This document shows positions 51,131-63,998 of a stretch of 64,000 bases of DNA, in pieces. A program made the translations under genes and the position numbers. The stretch covers positions 558,001 through 622,000 of the forward strand of contig NIVC01000414.1 of NCBI GenBank assembly GCA_002269645.1, given 5' to 3'. Source of the DNA: Macrostomum lignano (lineage: Eukaryota). Below the pieces are notes generated by a model that saw nothing but the letters and a program-made list of their open reading frames with translations, searched no databases and had not been told where the DNA came from. Every line of letters begins with the position of its first letter. Within the stretch, counting starts at the first letter, position 1.

Positions 51131-51863
51131 GTTCTGACTCAATGGCTAATACTGTACCAGCTTACGAAAAGTGATGGCTCATGGGTGATCCGGCCTCAAT
51201 CTCGGGTAAGCATAGAAATCTCACAGAGGCTTATGTAACTCAGATTACTCACCTACTGACCCACATTGTAGAAAGAATAATATTAGCTGTGAGCATTATG
51301 ACTTACTGTAAGAAGATAACATCGACATTCAATGGGGCTCTGCGTTCTGCGAATGTACAAAGGGTATATGGTTGAGTGCGCGATCGAGGACAGAGTTAGA
51401 ATTGATCCCGGAAAGACATTAGACTTGACACACAGAGACACCACTCAACAGCAATGAAAGAGCATCAAGGTACAAAATTACCAAAAAAAAACGGACCAGG
51501 ACGGGAGCCAAGCGACTTAGATTTAATATTATGCATTTTGACTTGACTGCATTTCTTCACTAAATTACTTGTAGTAGACAGTTTCAATAATTTATGTTTT
51601 AAGTGGACAGTCGTCGATAATTCCGAAGCGTTTTTCAGGTTTGTGGTAGCAGCAGGCTGTTTCGCTGCATATTAGAACCAGGAATGACTGGATGAAACAT
51701 CTGCTGCAGCATGTCACCCTAATATTCAACCATATCAGTTCGTTATTCTACAAAATAAACCTGATGATAGGGGCTAGGCGTCAAAATACTTAGATGTACG
51801 TTTGTTATCAGTTTTTTGTAGAAAGCTTTTTGTCACGTTATTGGCGTAGTGACTGCAACCCTC

Positions 51864-52620
51864 AAAAGGGCCGTTTTGACGAGAATTACTGACGTGATTA
51901 GTTACAGGTTCCCAAAAGGATGGTGAACTCAACAATGGCGGAGTAGATTTTGTAGCGGTAGCACTTGGCAAATCAGCGGCAAGATAAGTAAGAGCCGCAA
52001 CTTGTTTATTGTAATTGTCAATATAAGTTACTACAGAGGCTATAGCACGCAGGGGCACTGGCGGCTGCAACAATGGGTTTGAATTGAATAGGTTGAGCAG
52101 GATGATGAGCAGATTGATGAAGGTGACGCAAATAGTAGAACGATGGCGATGAGTATGCAGTGATGGCAGCGAGTAGCAAGTAGACAAGTGATGGCGTGAT
52201 TGGGCGCTAGCCCGTGGCAGTACAAGGTGGAGCACGAATGCGTAAACAAGTCTGGCCCAGACAGAGTGGGGCCGTGGCGAGAGATAAGGAGGCCCGCACA
52301 AACGGGAGGCAGCCAGGAGAGAGAACGAGAAAACAAGGAGTGAGGAGGCCCCCAGCCCGCCGCTAGGCGGGGTTAATAAAGGAGCGCAGCAGGGTTAGCA
52401 TAATATATGCGGAGAGTTTTCATTGGCGGGCGGGGGAAAAGCGAGAACTGAAATTATTGATCGCGCGAGACCCTACAGACGTACGCAAAGCTTACAAAGT
52501 ACGCAATGATTAGCAATTGATACAGATTCGTTGTGCGCAACTACAAGTAAACGTGAGAATACACGATTGAAGAATATTAAATGAGAAATTGTAGTGAAAT
52601 TGTAGTCCAACGGCCCTTTT
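51864..52620 (-). mobile_element. Unclassified ~760-bp repeat with AGGGCCGTT inverted termini, no TSD seen
   Basis: AAAAGGGCCGTTTTGAC ... GTCCAACGGCCCTTTT. The reverse complement shares ordered blocks with 60856-61530. Confidence 0.55.
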
Positions 52621-53212
52621 TCGGGACCATTTTAAACTGACAAAGTCACACTTTTTCAAAAAATAAAAGAATCGATGCTTTATTTCAATGACATTTTGAA
52701 GTTAACCACGTGGTGGCACTGTTCGACGACGATGAATCATGCCCGATGTTTTCCTCGAGTTTTCTCTTCAACTTTGGCCTTGTACAAGTTGAAGAGGTTT
52801 TTCTTTTAGTGCAGTTCCAGTCTACTTCTGTTTAATGCACTCGAATTTCTAGTTAAAAACTGCTAGTCAGGGTCTGCCTTCCCGCACCAGAATTGAACTG
52901 AAGTTTTCAGTTCTTTGGCTCTTGCTGTCTACTATACAACAGATCCAATCGTAGGTACGCTATTAAATATTTCCGCCTCCAACCAATAAGAAACCCGGGA
53001 CCTGCCAATTGGCTGTCCGGTTGTAGAAAATGCAAATAAAACTGGCTCCACGATAAACGCAAATGCAACCAAAAGAAAATAAAACTGGCTCCACGATAAA
53101 CCTAGACCCGCGCGACGTCTGTTATAGTGTTTGCAGGTCGGAAACTTGATTCACAGTATATCTGTGAGCTTGCTAACTGTGTTGCCCAAGGAACAGCCAA
53201 GCACCCACAGCC

Positions 53213-56200
53213 ATGGGAGATTCCGCGGCCATGGCCTGCTTAATTTTGCCTCTCGGCTTCCTGCTCTCAGCGCAGTTGGGAGTCGAGGCCCAGTTGCTGA
53301 ACATAAATGACCCATTCTTTTCGGAGGTCTCCGTGGTGACGGTGAGGCGTCACCAAGCCCAAGCCGCTAGGATGGTGCTGAGATGCAACGTGTCACCGCC
53401 GGGGCGATTCAAGGGCTGGGTGAAAGACAGCTTTGTTATAGGAAACGATCCCTCTTTGATTCTGAGCGGAAGCGATCCCAACAAATACGGAACGTATCTC
53501 TGCATTGCTGACCCGGCAATATCTCCAAACCTTTACCGAGCTATGAAGTTTGTCATCACTGAGAGTGAGTATCTTTGCACCTTGAAGCCCTCCTCACTAG
53601 TTAGCTCGTACAAACGCTCGTTCGTTATAGCTCGTACTCGTAAAAACGTACACACAGTCCTTTCAATCATATCGAATTGTATATAATTATTGAGAAAGCC
53701 TTGTTAAGTATACATTCTCCTCCTTTTCCCAGTGTGGCTTTTTCCATAGACATATTTGGAAAAAGGAGGAGAAAATATTTAACCTACTGAAAGCAAAATA
53801 CGCATCAATATCCAGTACAGTTAGTCTATGGCACAAGCTATGTGACTGACTGGCTAAAGTGTTATAAATCGTCTACCTAGATGGAGCACTGAGTAGTCCA
53901 TCAATTTGCATATATAATAGAACCATGGAAGACGACTTCGATCTAGTGCTACGATATTTTGAAAGTAAAGAATCCGCTGCAACGAACCCTGCTGCTGGTA
54001 GTGATCGATTCGCTACGCTCTCGACTGACGAAATACAAGGGAAGCTGGACGCTGCTATCCCACCAAATACGCGAAGGAAGGAACTATGGGCTGTAAGAAT
54101 TTTTGACCAGTGGTTTGAGCAGCGACACAATCGAATTCTACATGGTGATACAACTGGCCTTCTCGTGTTGAAGGAGCGTCATGAATGGAACGCTTGCGAT
54201 TGGAACTATCTATTAAAGATGTTCATTCTCGAGGTGCGAAAAGTCGATGGCACTAAATACAATGCTACGACCCTTAGGGACATATTTTCCATGATGCAAC
54301 ACTATCTGCAGTACACGCTCAAGAAAGAACTGAATCTCTGGAAGGACGCTGCGTGCAGGGATGCAAGAATGGCATTGGATGCTGCCATGAAAGAAGCTAC
54401 TAGAGAGGGCCTAGTTCCGGGGACAAATGCGTCTAGCCCAATTCCCGCAACTCTGGAGGAGGAGTTGTGGCAGAAAGGACGTCTTGCAACAACGTCGCCG
54501 AAATTACTGCTGTTTACGCTTGTGTTCTACCTTGGCAAGCAGTTCGCTTTGCGTGAAGGCACGGAGCTGCATGGTCTGAGATATAGCTGTGAGATCCAGT
54601 TGCAGCATGAAGACGGTCAAGAACTTCTAGTTTACTGTGAGAACAGAGCCACGAAGACCAAAAACGCTGGCATAAAGCGACGTTTTGTTCCATTGAAAAC
54701 CGTTAAAGCATCTCATACTGCTGATCATGATAGATGTCTACCCTGCATCTACAAGCTGTATGTGGACAAAAGACCGGAAAACTGTACGGTTCAGAATTTG
54801 TTCCTGGTTTGGATGCGTAGCGATGCCAGCATCCAGCAAGGCAGGTGGTACCAAAACGCACCCGTCGGCCGGCACAGCTTGGACGGTATTGTTCGTGAAT
54901 TAACGGCTCCCCTAACTGGAGTGACTGAAAGGTACACTAATCAGTCTCTACGCAAGACTTGCGCAAGTACTCTACACCGTGCTGGCTTTGCTAGAGAGGA
55001 CATCGCTCGTGTTACAGGACACTCTTCGACAGCTATTGAGCGCTATATTCAGTTTGATGTACAAGACCATGTTAAAGTATCGCATGCTCTTCAATCTGGT
55101 GGTCAGTCATCAAGTCTGTCTATTGACACCGAGCCTGAACGCTCTGTTGAAGCTATGGAACAAAGTAACGTAGTGACTGCTAATCCTGCAAAGAAAATGA
55201 GGCTTAACATCAATGGTAACACCAACACCGTTGAAATCGTTTTTGAGTGAGTGCTTACAAGACGCTTCTAAATCTTACTATTTGAACTTCCTGTTGTTGG
55301 TTTACATTTGTTAAATACAACTGTTTATAGCAGGACTGAGACCTATTTATCAGGCCTCGTTTGGGGACTGAGAAATGGTTCTCAGTCCTCCTACAACCGA
55401 TAAATTACCATAGAAGTTGTTGTTCCTCGGGAAAAGGATGAGACTGCGAAAGAGGCGAGAAATGCACTTTCTGTAGGTTAAATTATAATGAATCGGCGTT
55501 TATTGAGTTTTGAGAAAGATAGCAAAAGAAGGGGTTAACATTGAATTTAGCTCTGGCGTAGCTCAAACAAAACTTAGTTGTACAGGTTAGGATTCGGAGA
55601 CCATAGATATATGATTAAAAGTCTGTTACAGAAAATTCTAGAAGGGAAACTTGGATTCACTTACTATAAATATAAAGTTGACTATTTTAAGATAAACGAT
55701 TACTTATAACATCTTTAACAATAATCGCTGCATTGCACGCATCCAACGAAAACTGGCTCACTGTAGTCGGCACCGGAGTCGACTGTAACAAAACCTGCGG
55801 CATTGGCGGCGTGTGCCAGAACAACGTCTGCAATTGCAAGGTTCGTGCGTTGGCCCCAGCATCTCAGATTTATACAATCCAGCTTCTGAGTATTCAGGGT
55901 GAATGGTGTCAGGTCGGGAAACAGAAGCAGGGAAACTTCTTATTCTTGCTACTAAGTAAACCGAATAGCAGACATAAAGTAATGAGCGCAGTTGAACAAT
56001 AAATAGATGAATAGGTTCCTTCTTTTCTTTAAGTTCTTTCGTACAGAGGCGATGCGTATATTTAGAAGGTACATGCACTGGTTGTGACGCTGCGAAACCT
56101 TTAGCCGACCTCTACGATTCACAGTGAATCCGAAAATTTATTGCTGGAACGATAGCTTCTTTAGTTTAAGCAGATCCAAAGGAGAAAGAATTTTTCAAAA

Positions 56201-59200
56201 ATTAGAAAAGAACAAACTGTAAGCTGTAAAACTGTTTTAAACAAATTTCAGGCCAACGTAGAAGGCCCCAACTGTGACAGGTGCAAGCGGGGTTACCACA
56301 GTCTAAGGAAGGACCACCCTGATGGCTGCGTGCCCTGCTTTTGCTCAGATCGTTCCAACGCCTGCAATAATGCAGGCCTGTTCTTTGAGGAGGTAACCAA
56401 TAATTGGATTAGCTCATATTTGCTGCGATGAGGCTCGAGTAAAATTCGAATAAAATTCGAATAAAATTCGAATAAAATTCTGTCACTGACCGCAGAAACA
56501 AGTTACACCCATTGATGCTTCATCCGTCCGCCTCATGGGCTGGGGTCTATTCGGTGTGTACGAGGAATCCACATCGAACGAGAAGCTGACGGTGGAGAGC
56601 GGGCCGGAGTTTTCCGTCGCTCCGACCGGTGACAGCTCGGGGGCACTGCGAGACGACGATGACTCATACGTTTTTCTCACTAGCCTGTCAGGAAAGCGTG
56701 TAAGTTTTGAGGCGACTGATAGCTTTCTGTTCGATTGAACGTACTTTCGCTTTCGTGGTGCATACACTGTATGTTGCTACTCAGGGAATCCCATGACGAT
56801 ATAACTGATCTCTCTGTATTGTCCGCGGTGTCTACATTTACCTGTCAAGCATAGTGCTCCTGGTTGCGATATTTTTTGTTATTATGTCGTTTCTATCAAA
56901 CATGTCAAGTTATCTGTGGACTGTGGCAACCAGGCAATAGGCAACCGAAAAACTAATCGTGATCGCAAACATTCTACACGTAGCTGGCAGCCTACGGCGG
57001 AAAGGTCAGTTTCACCGTCCGCGCCAACGTACGAATGGACCTGGGCCTTCGAGCGGACACTGCATTCCCGATTTTCGGAATAAAGGTAATCAATTGACTG
57101 TTTTCGCGTAGGAAGTTGAGAAATTTAAATTTTTATTTTCGAATAATTTCGGTTTGACGTCAGGGCTGGCGAGGTCAAACTTTGGTATACTGGGACCGAA
57201 CTACCAGGCGCGCACCGGAGACCCGCTACTCGGTGACTCTGGACGAGCAGAACCTGCGAGCGATTGACGGATCCCCAGTGACCCGACAGGATGTGATGAC
57301 CGCCCTGACTGACCTGCGAGGAGTCTTCTTCCGAGTGTACCAATTCCAGGGACAGCAGAATGTGCGTCTGTTTGACATCAAGTATCAGGAGGCTACAGCG
57401 ACTTCGGGCTCAGATCCCGCTCCTGTAGAGCGGTGTACACTCTGTCCGGATCCGTACCAGGGTGCCTTCTGCGAGGTAAGAACATGCTATTAATAGCTCG
57501 TAGTACAAGGATGCGTCCCATGGCCGCATGTTTGCATGAACAGCTGCTGTGTTCCATCCTCGGCTTGCTACTCTGACAGTATGCGTGGGAGTGCAATGTA
57601 TTTCAGCACCCGCGCCGATTAGGGCTGAAGAAAACAAGATGACTGAGCAGCTTTTGCATTAAAAAACATGTAATGCACTGTTCCTGTCAAAGGGGAGAGG
57701 GTTGGCTGTCTAGCCAAAGCCTATTGTGACGCTTTAAAAGAGCTGATTCAAAACGATGAATATGGATGAAAACAATTCAAGACTCGCAAAGCCTTGACTC
57801 GGTGAATAATGCAAGATATGAAAGGTAAAAAATGAACCGGCTGGGCAGACTGGGGTGCCTGGATCATTCTGGAACTGGCTTCCTATCAGCTGATAAGGGA
57901 ATCAAACAATACAGCTCGAAACTAACTGAGACCAGTAAATACTCGAGAAAATTTCGACCCAAGCGAAATTCGGCTTTCTCGGGTCAAGTCAGCATTTGTT
58001 TTGCTTGCTGTCTAAGATACATGTAAAAGCTGCTTGACTAATCAACGAAAAAGCATTTCCTTCAGGTTTTGAAACATTTTCACCTCAGATATGAAGGCTG
58101 TGCAACAGCCGACTTTGCCCTCCTAACTCTCTTACCCTCCCTACTTCATTTAAGCATTTCGTCCATACGATTTCTTCTATTCCCACCGCCATCCTGAATC
58201 CCTGCTATGCCCAGTTTAGCGATCTTCCCAAGGATTTCTTCCCGACGATTTCCATGCAACTTGATGCGCCGTGCAGCTGCCGTTCGCTACACGTAGAAGG
58301 GTTCTCCCTCCACACAGGTAGGAGGAATTCAAGTTAAATGCAAAAAAATTGTTCATAATCGGTTTTTTGCTCATGGATAGAATTTGTACTCCTGATTCTA
58401 AAATGACCTCCCATGAAATCCTAACTGATTGGGTTCGCGAGATATGCTCATAATTAAGTTTTTACCATAGATATGAGGCAGTCCAACAAGCAAAACTCGC
58501 CATTCAAGTATAAGTTGAATGTATTTTGTCCAAAACAGTTCTCACCACTGTGTATTCAATTTGTATTGAGTGCATGTATGTTTAATCATCCTTTTTGTAG
58601 GGTAAAACAAAACAAAAAACTCAAGGCAACTTTGTTAAGTGTGCGATGTTACAACTGATGCTATGCTGTACATTCTTAGCGTAAAGAATTGGCCTCTTCT
58701 ATATAAATAAGTTTGATTCTCTAAATTAGAAAATATAACAAGTATTGTACAGTCTTCTAAGTCTATTTACCGCTACGATCATGAAATATGCAATAAAATC
58801 ACTTGACGTATAATCGATAAAAATATGTACTTTCAACCCGCCACCATTAAACGGCAAAAGGCAAAATTTCGCTTGTGATCACACTCACACGATTTGCACA
58901 TTATTTTTTATCGATCCCTTTATACCTAAATCATGAGCAGTTGCTCAATTTATGGTGATGTAAATGAGTATTTAGAGCATTTTAGAATATTTTGTTTCAA
59001 TTGATCAACTGTCCAAACAAATTTCTTGTTTTTACTCATCATCAACTACAATGCCAAAGAAAAGAAACCACGAAGAAAATCTCCAGGCACTGTGTGCCAT
59101 GTGTCTTCGAAGAGCGCATCGCCCTTTGACGGAGCATCAGATTGAACTAATTCAATCTACATTGTACGAAGGCTTCAAGGTAGAACGACAATATCTTCCA

Positions 59201-62200
59201 TCTGGCATATGTGACGGCTGCAGAAGGAAGCTTTCGTCTTTGTCCTGCCCAGATTCGCGACCTATTCCAGTCCTACTGGCGTATGACCAGATAGTTACCG
59301 ACCTTCAGTCTCTGCCGCCTTCAACTCGTGGCAACCCTGACTGCAACTGTGAGCTGTGTAGCTTGGCCAGCTCACATAGGAGCAGCAGTGCAGTGCCAGA
59401 CACCAAATACTTGGCTACAGGTCCACCAGCAGGCCGAGGTCGTCCTGCTGTGGCAGAGGCTACTGCGATTCAAAAACTCTGCTCGCATTGCATGTCACGG
59501 ATCGGACCCGACCTGGAGCATCGCTGCAATAAAACAACCAAATTAAAGAATTTGCGAGACAAAACATCTCCTCTTACCAAGCACCAGCTGGCTAGCTCAG
59601 TCATCAAGGAGTGTAATGAGGCTGCAGCAGGTGGTATTGTACTAAGTCAAACTGCTGGTAAACCTCTTCGAGTCAAGGTAGCCTCTAGCTCAGCCACTGA
59701 ACCTATAACAAGTGTTTCTAGGAAAGGACATATAAGCCACGAAACAATTTCGGCTTTGAAAGTCGGCCTTAGTTTAAGCAGCAAGCAGACTCTAAAGCTG
59801 GCCAGCATTCTTAGGTTAGGTGCAGGCCGGCATGTGATCGAGCCTAACCTTCGTGAAGAGCTGCAGAAGAGAGGCTGCTGCCTAACAAGCTTCTTCACGT
59901 TAGTTCAGCTGCCATTCATACGTTCATCTGGACAGATTCAGGAGGTTTCGGGACCAAGGCCAGCCGTGATCTGCTCCGATATTCAAGGTTTGCTAAATTG
60001 TATTTGCACCGAGCGTGGCATCGAGAACAGCTTTGTCAAGATTGGAATTGATGGTGGAGGAGGCTCTCTGAAAGTTGTGCTGACTGTGACCAATGAGTCA
60101 GAGCCTGCAGCATCGCCAGTAAAGAAGTTAGCCTGCAGCCGTCAGTTTCTCAACTCTGGTGTTAAAAAATTAATGATCATCGATCCACCGAACAAGTTTC
60201 CTAAAACAGCACGTAGATTGTCTGGTAGCGCCTATTGGGGTTTTATTACGCCACCGTAAGAATCGTAGAACGCAGCGCAGATAAACAGCGCAGTTAGCTT
60301 TTGCGTTGAATAATTTTTGCTTGCTATTTTATAAAATTGCGCATCGTCTGCCCTAGAAACGTCATTAAATTAATTTGGATACCTATATTGAGACTTTTGT
60401 AGCCAGGTTTGCTTCGAAAAGCCATCAACGAGGCCTCCAATTTAATTATTTATGTTTATAAAATTTGAAATACTCTGTAGCAAAAGTCGGAATTTTTATG
60501 ACTGATTGATGCATGACAATCACAGTTTCGGGTGTTCATGGCAGCTTAAAACCATAATCTTAGCTTTCCCACGAAGGCTATGGGTGCATCTGTAGCAGTG
60601 CAGCTCTGTGAGGTAACAGCTTTGTAATATCTTTTCAAAGAATCAGACGCCTATGCTATTTAACAGGACCGTGCAAAATTGCTTTATGCTTTACACTGAG
60701 TGACCAAAGTTCTTATCTCTTTCTCAAATTATCTTGGCCTGTCTTTCAGGCAGTTTGTCAGGCCGTCAATAAATATTTAACAAATGCGAATCGCGCCCCA
60801 GATAATTATCGAGGTCGTTGGTGTCTGTGACGTTGTCAGTTTACGTAGCCCCACCAAGGGCCGTTTTGACATACGGTACCAATCTTTAATATTACTGGTT
60901 TCGTATTCTCACGTCTGCCTAAAGTAGTGCCCTAAGAATTTTAATCAGCTGCGTACAATTGTAAACCCGGCGTACAGCGCGTGATCGATAATTTCGGTTT
61001 CTGTTTTTCTTAGTCGGCCAATAGAAAAGCCGCGCATTATTTATACTAATTTCTCTCGCGCGCCATCCCCAGCCCGCTCCTTATCAGTTCTGTCTGGCCG
61101 TAGGCCCCGTTCAGACCCCTGTTTAGAGCCTTTGCACTCTGGCACCCTGTTTTGACTCCTTTGCTCCGCCGCCACCCTGGCGAGCCCGTGTAGACTTGCA
61201 GACTCTTGCCGCCTTTACTTGTTTACTTGCCTTCTCTCTCCGCCTCGTTCCGCCACGGTTCTAGCCACGCCTCTGCCACTCTCGGCCACGCCACTTCTAC
61301 TACCTAAGCTATCTAACTTGTTGTTGTGTAGCCGCCAGTGCATTGTTACGAATCCAACTTGTATTTCTGTTGACAATAAACCAAGTCCACAGCCGGTCGC
61401 ATTAACGTTAACTAATATTATTGCCTAGTGCTACCGTTACAATTTGCCTCTGCCGCATTCAATTGCCTTCGCTTATTCTCGAGGCCGCCACACTAGTAAC
61501 GTCACAGTGTCCGTTGGTAGCCAGGTTTGTCAAATTAAGACTGCGACCTCTAGATGCGAGGGGACACGACAGCGTGGCCAAGTGGGGTGATAAAAATGAG
61601 TAGAAAAGACACTTGACACTTTTAACTGAAACAATTGCACGAACATACGGTAATATAATGCGCAAAGTGGCTATAGTTAAAAGATAAAGCTAGATATCTC
61701 TGCTTAGTATAGTAACTAGAAATCTGCGCCCCCCGTTGGAGAGGCAAGAAAGTCACAGTCTCTACTTTAGGCAGCAAAAAGAACGAAAACTAACAACGCC
61801 AATATAATAGATATGTACATTTAATATCATTTGAAAAGACTTTCTGTAATATTCCATTTTTTGCGAAATTTGCGAAATGCACAATTACTAACAGCGTTTA
61901 ATTAAATCTTATTGCAGGATTGCAAGACCGCGGGAGACTACCATAAGATAATCGACTACAACTCCACCGTGAACCGATGGAAGTGCGTGCCGTGCAAGGA
62001 AGGCTACCAAAACTCACCAGCTTGTGACAAGTAAAACGCCTTGCTGAATTAGCTCCGTATCTAGCTTACCAGAGGTATTTCTTTGCCAAACGACTGTATT
62101 TGAGAAAAAAACTTTATTTTTAAGGTGCGAGGAAGGCTATGCCGACAAGATTCTGGGTCGACCCAGCAGTGAAAAGCCGGATTGTGAAGAGTGTAAGTTC

Positions 62201-63998
62201 TCAATGGTTATTGCGCATGACAGTTCAGTGCAGTGGAACCAAATCAGCTGTTTATTCCATCCAGCTCAAAAATGGGTCGAACAGTATGGCTTTTTGAACA
62301 TCAATATCACTGAACAAATGTGGCTTAAAAATATGCAGAACATAGTAAGCCTAAGTGAATTTGCTGATTTCAAAAATGTCTCTGAGACTCACTGAGATTT
62401 GATACTCTGCATAGTCAAAAAATAAAAGTAGAAAAAATTTCCAACAAAAGTTTTTCACTAAAGTTTCCAACAATTAATTGAGTCAGAGAAACAACTTCGT
62501 CAACTTACTTTTAAAGTAGCAACGAAAATCTTTAGAGATAATCATCATGCTAACATTCCTCAGACGTGGTTCCGATCGTGGAGCCGGAAACGCTGAACAT
62601 ACCCTCCGGGCGCACCGTTGTTCTCAACTGCAAGATCCGGCGTCAGAAGCCCGGCTACAACGGCACCGCATGGCTGCTGGAGTGGCAGGACTCCGATGGA
62701 GGCCGCATCACTGACACACCACGAGTCTTCCAGGTGCGAGACGAGAATTCAGCTCGGCTAGTAATTAAAGACGCTACTCCGGCGGACACTGGCCGATACA
62801 GGTGCGAAGGCTACAACAGGCGGTCTGGATCGGCTGTGGCCTTCTCTAACCTGACTGTGGAGAGCAGCTCGGTAAAGCGGGTCGTGCTGCGCAGCAATCC
62901 GATCGATCCGGACACCACCGCCATTCAGTGTTCGGTGGTAGCTAAGGAGGTTTGTACAAGCTATTTGCTATTCTGAGATTAGGAGAGCACATTCTCATTC
63001 AAGCCAATCAGTAGATAATAGCGCCATTTCGATTCTTACCTTTTACCACCTAAATCTCCCGTCATTTTTTCACTCCCGTCATTTTTTGCTGCTCATCTAG
63101 CCGTCTCGACCGGCTCAGTTCAGAGCGACGCTGACACGTTTGCCGTTTCCCGTTGGTCGCCTGTCAGAGCGCTTTGAGAGCGTCAAACTGCAAGTGAACG
63201 GGGCCAACTTCACTGGTACTGTGGATTATAGAATGAAAAATGACAGCGACACTGGATTCTGGAACTGCCACGTTAGCGACATGATCAACAATTACACTGT
63301 TAGTAGGCAGACACCAGTCGTTCTGAAACCGCGTAAGCTAATTTTTGGTATTGTAAAGTTGTTTATTTGTCTTTATGTTTATCACTGGTGAAATACTCGT
63401 ATTCTTCGAAATTGCAGAACAAGCCTTCATCTGGGACCTCAACACGCCGGTCAAAAAAGTCGAGCAGCCAGTTGGTAGCGCGGTGCGGCTAAAGTGCAAT
63501 AAAATTGTACGCAGCCCCAATGCAGTCACCATCCCGATTGTATGGACCTTCAAACCGGCCAAAAGGGAAGCGACGTCTTTGTTCGCAAGTCCCCTTGGAG
63601 CTCCCGATCAGCCGAACTACAGCATAATGGACGAGTCTTTAGCGGACTCTCTTCCACCAGGCGTGTCTCGCGACGGTGACGATCTGGTGCTGAACCCTCT
63701 CAGCGTAGAGCATTGGGGCACATTCAGCTGCCAGCGCAAACCTGACTCAACCAGGTCGTCTGGCCGGAGTGTGGGCTCTGACTCCTGCGAGTCTAAGAAG
63801 GCGGACGTCGAAGTTGTGCCTCAAATGGTTGGTACGAGGAACATCAATCTGAACGAGGGTGAAAGCGTTACTCTGAACTGCTTGCCGGAAACGAACAACT
63901 TGGACGAAGACGGACTTCCATGCCAGCGCTATTCATGGTGTACAAGCCCCAGAAGAGTGCCCGGCAACTATTGGGGCGCCGTATTGCGCCGAAGATGA
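53213..63998 (+). CDS. Perlecan-like basement-membrane protein (signal peptide, Ig, laminin EGF, laminin IV/B, laminin EGF, Ig repeats), probably 3'-incomplete
   Basis: Phase-consistent exons 53213-53564, 55767-55840, 56252-56392, 56496-56699, 56984-57085, 57164-57475, 61918-62030, 62125-62192, 62564-62949, 63101-63332 and 63418 onward. Motifs CKANVEGPNCDRCKRGY..GCVPCFC (laminin EGF), GKRLAAYGGKVSFTV (laminin B) and DTGRYRCEG (Ig). The end of the last exon is uncertain. Confidence 0.8.
53925..55250 (+). mobile_element. Crypton-type tyrosine recombinase ORF (DUF3504/ZMYM-QRICH1-like), 441 aa, intronless, in intron 1 of the perlecan-like gene
   Basis: Uninterrupted ORF with FALREGTELHGL, YTNQSLRKTCASTL and VTGHSSTAIERY, matching the R..HxxR..H..Y tyrosine-recombinase tetrad (Q in place of the first H). 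Confidence 0.85.
59051..60259 (+). mobile_element. Truncated DDE-type transposase with Chapaev/RAG1-like N-terminal Zn motif, in intron 6 of the perlecan-like gene
   Basis: H-x7-C-x2-C (HEENLQALCAMC), then PSGICDGC, CNCELC, CSHC..H-x-C and KIGIDGGGG. Similarity appears to end after SGVKKLMII (~60180). Family assigned from remembered motifs only. Confidence 0.6.
60856..61530 (+). mobile_element. Second, diverged copy of the AGGGCCGTT-ended repeat
   Basis: AAGGGCCGTTTTGAC start; shared blocks GTATTCTCACGT, GATAATTTC, GCCGCCAGTGC, AATAAAC and AGTGCTACCG. Confidence 0.5.

Noticed and set aside
53034-53101. CRISPR-like repeat-spacer-repeat
   Set aside because: Only two repeats, short spacer, eukaryotic context, no cas genes. 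No array in the window has unique spacers.
56441-56481. 11-bp repeat AAAATTCGAAT, about four units
   Set aside because: Short intronic slippage product with no further structure.
58100-58310. Minus-strand peptide HGASSCMEIVG resembling a Mutator-like transposase motif
   Set aside because: Too short, interrupted by stops, and no other MULE motifs found.
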